A DNA stretch of 64,000 nt from Takakia lepidozioides (Eukaryota > Plantae > Bryophyta). The notes under the pieces are model-generated. The model did no database searches. It was given only the letters and a program-made list of their open reading frames with translations, and was not told the origin of the DNA. Below, one piece after another: positions 61,559 through 64,000 of the stretch; position 1 is the stretch's first letter; every line of letters starts with the position of its first letter. Position numbers and translations under genes: made by a program. The stretch is taken from NCBI GenBank assembly GCA_030704615.1, contig CM060733.1:59644001-59708000 (forward strand). The letters are read 5' to 3'.

Positions 61559-62843
61559 TGCACAGCAAGAGGCGGGATGGAGGCTTTAGAGATCTATGAG
61601 CAATTGATGTGCGAAAGGGTGAAGCCCAACCACATCACATTTGTTTGCGTTTGCAATGCTTGTGCAAGCCTGGCAGCCCTGGAAAGGTGCAATGAGGTCC
61701 ATGGTGACATCGTCAAAGCTGGATTTGTACCAGATGTCATCCTGAACACTGCCCTGCTGGACCTGTATGTCAAATATGAGTGCATCGAGGATGCAAAGGG
61801 AGTGTTCGACAGTATGACCGAACGAAATGTGGTGTCGTGGAATTCAATGATCACAGGATATGCCCAGCATGGTTGTCATAGGGAGGTCTTGCAACTATTT
61901 GAAGGAATGTAAAAGAACGGCTTGAAGCCGGACAGTATCACCTTTATATGTGGTCTCTCTGCATACAGTCACATTGGCCTACTCAATAAAAGAACACGCT
62001 ACTTCGATTCCCCGAATCAAGATCATGGTGTTACCTCGACAGTAAAACACTTTGGCTGCATGGTGGACCTTCTTGGACGTGCGGGACAACTGGATGAGAC
62101 AGTGGACCTGATTAAAAAAATGTCAATCAATCCAGATGTTGTGGTGTGGAAGGCCTTGCTTGGTGCCTGCAGAATCCATGGCAATGTGGAGATGGCTGAA
62201 CGTGCGGCAACATCTATCCTCAAGTGGGATGAACAAGATGCTGCAACTTATGTGTTGCTATTAGACATCTATGCTGCAGCTAGCAGGTGGGATGATACTG
62301 CAAAGGTGAGAAAAATGATGAAGGTCAGAGGGTTTAGAAAGGAGCCGGGTCGCTTCTACATTGAGGTTGACAACAAGGTGCACACCTTCGTTGTAGATGA
62401 CAAGTTGCATCCCAGAATTAAGGAAATCCATGCTGATCTGAGAAGATTGTCTGGGCAGATGAAAGGAGGTGGGAGATATGCCTGACACGCGCTTTGTATT
62501 GCATGATGTGGGGGAGGAGGAAAAAGAATTTTCTCTTTGTCACCATAGTGAGAAGCTGACCATTGGTTTTGCACGACCCCTACGACACCTCCTCCTCCAC
62601 TAAATTTACAATTGCATTCAAACATCTATGCTGCAGCTGGTAGGTGGGATCCATCTTAGCAGCAGAATATTCTCTCTGCATTTTACCAGCGCCTAACAAC
62701 AAGCTGTATGTCCCATCACATTTCACATGAGCCCTTCCTTGTACAACAATTTGACAGATAGAATAGTTTATATAGCTACCTGTTATGTGCTAACTCTCTT
62801 CCTCAAAAAGATGCAGAGAGGAGAAGATTGTCAATGCCCAATG

Positions 62844-64000
62844 CAGGGATGCCTCGGCATGAGCTTGGTCACGTGAGCGCGTGAGCGCAACTGCGCTCAC
62901 GCCACGTCACCTTGCGCCAATGCCACATCACGGGGCTCACTCCACGTCATCACACTTGAAGACCGCGTCACCACGCGCCCAGGAAGAAGTGGAGTGTATT
63001 CCCGCGGATTGGCACCCTTTACCGCGGAAACAAGCTGGACGACATAATAAAAGGCAGTGGTCATTCCCACCTGAAAGCAACAGATGAATAAAGGATGGAT
63101 GAATGTACAGTTGGATGATAAACATATGGATGAGTGTGAAAAATGAATGTAGATGGATGAATGAGGGATGGATAAGAGTCAAATGGATGAATGTATAATG
63201 GATGTTGAGCAATGAAAAACATTCATGACAGGAAGATGCATGACTAAAACTTTAGACGAATGCACAACGTATATGACATGAGTGTGGAAGGTTTGTGGGG
63301 TGGATTAAAGAGTACAGAGGATGAATGTACAATGGATGTTGAACAAAGGAAAACACTCATGAATGTAGCACGCATGAATACACTGTAGATGAAAGCACAA
63401 TGGATATGACAAGAGTGAGGGAGGTTTGTGAGATGGATTCATACACATTGCAATTTAAATGGTGCCTGAAGTGGAGCCAGACAAAAGGGGGAGGAGCGCT
63501 GTGTTGTAGAGGTCAGAATCACCCTCCATGCCAAAAAGGCTTCTTCCGCCTGCCTTGCATGCATGGTAAGTTGCTCTTGCACCAGACAGGAGGACATGAA
63601 CAATTTGGTGGGGGGGATTTAAGCAGATGGAACTGGTGAAAGAAAATCAATTCGGAAGGGAGAGAACGAACTTGTGGACACCGAAAGATCGACCACCCGT
63701 GCAGAGTGGTGGCTGCATGACTCTAGCAGTATTTGCATGAACGCTGGGGATTTTTCCTTTGCACCTCTCTAGGGAGTGCCATCTGGTCTCTTCAGAGTCT
63801 GACTGGACTGCATGAAGTTGTGCAAAATGTCATCGACATGCGGCTCATAGGGGGGGTTGATGAAACAACCCTGGTCAGAAATCTCAAAGCTGCGGATGGA
63901 GGATGGTGTCTTTGAGGTGCGAATCCTCCGCAGGCAGATCGCCTCGAACATCCTCGTCTGCCAAAGATAGCAGGTTAGTGTGGTAAGCACAATCTATAGT
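62844..64000 (+). mobile_element. Left end of another MULE of the family, with the last exons of a diverged methyltransferase-like gene on the minus strand (about 63480-63965)
   Basis: CAGGGATGCCTCGG-CATGAGC terminus; minus-strand peptides QTRMFEAICL, GTP*RGAKEKSPAFMQILLESCSHHSARVVDLSVST and ATYHACKAGGRSLFGMEGD align with 39300-39810. Confidence 0.82.

Larger units (their letters stand above)
56700..62560 (+). pseudogene. PLS-class PPR-E-(truncated DYW) pseudogene with internally amplified PLS triplets, interrupted by a MULE
   Basis: Repeated VHGDIVKAG..PDVILNTALLDMYVKC; CMVDLLGRAG, ALLGACRIHGN, KEPG, CHHSEKL; many stops and frameshifts. Confidence 0.9.

Noticed and set aside
63845-63865. 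NPPY as an adenine-MTase catalytic motif
   Set aside because: It aligns with DDRT in the other copy and lies well downstream of the motif IV position; treated as coincidence.
1-64000. tRNA, rRNA or prokaryotic operon features
   Set aside because: None recognised; the genes have spliceosomal introns.

Overview
Eukaryotic, intron-containing land-plant-type DNA (PLS/DYW PPR relics suggest an RNA-editing lineage; the taxon cannot be fixed from sequence alone), about 70% transposon-derived, with a 500-N gap at 23057-23556. Host genes: an alliinase/TAR-family aminotransferase (+), a DUF427 gene (+), a ubiquitin-specific protease (-, cut by the gap) and three decayed PPR genes. Two unusual mobile systems dominate and are nested in each other. 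(1) A Ty3/Gypsy element (28924-54161, - strand, 4-bp TSD ATGA) whose polyprotein has a DNMT3-like C5 cytosine methyltransferase between protease and RT and a PHD finger after integrase. It lacks a tRNA PBS and appears self-primed. Its LTRs are circularly permuted, as if a 2-LTR circle had been cut and integrated at a palindrome (GACA-GC-TGTC) inside one LTR; a second copy at 781-2075 shows the reciprocal permutation. (2) A Mutator-like DNA transposon (38422-50444, 9-bp TSD) with an intact GCM-DDE-SWIM transposase, a divergent gene encoding a ParB-like domain plus a beta-class (N4C/N6A-type) methyltransferase fold, and a 116-bp palindromic tandem array. Three further members of this family lie in the window. 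All domain calls are by eye from motifs; no searches were run.
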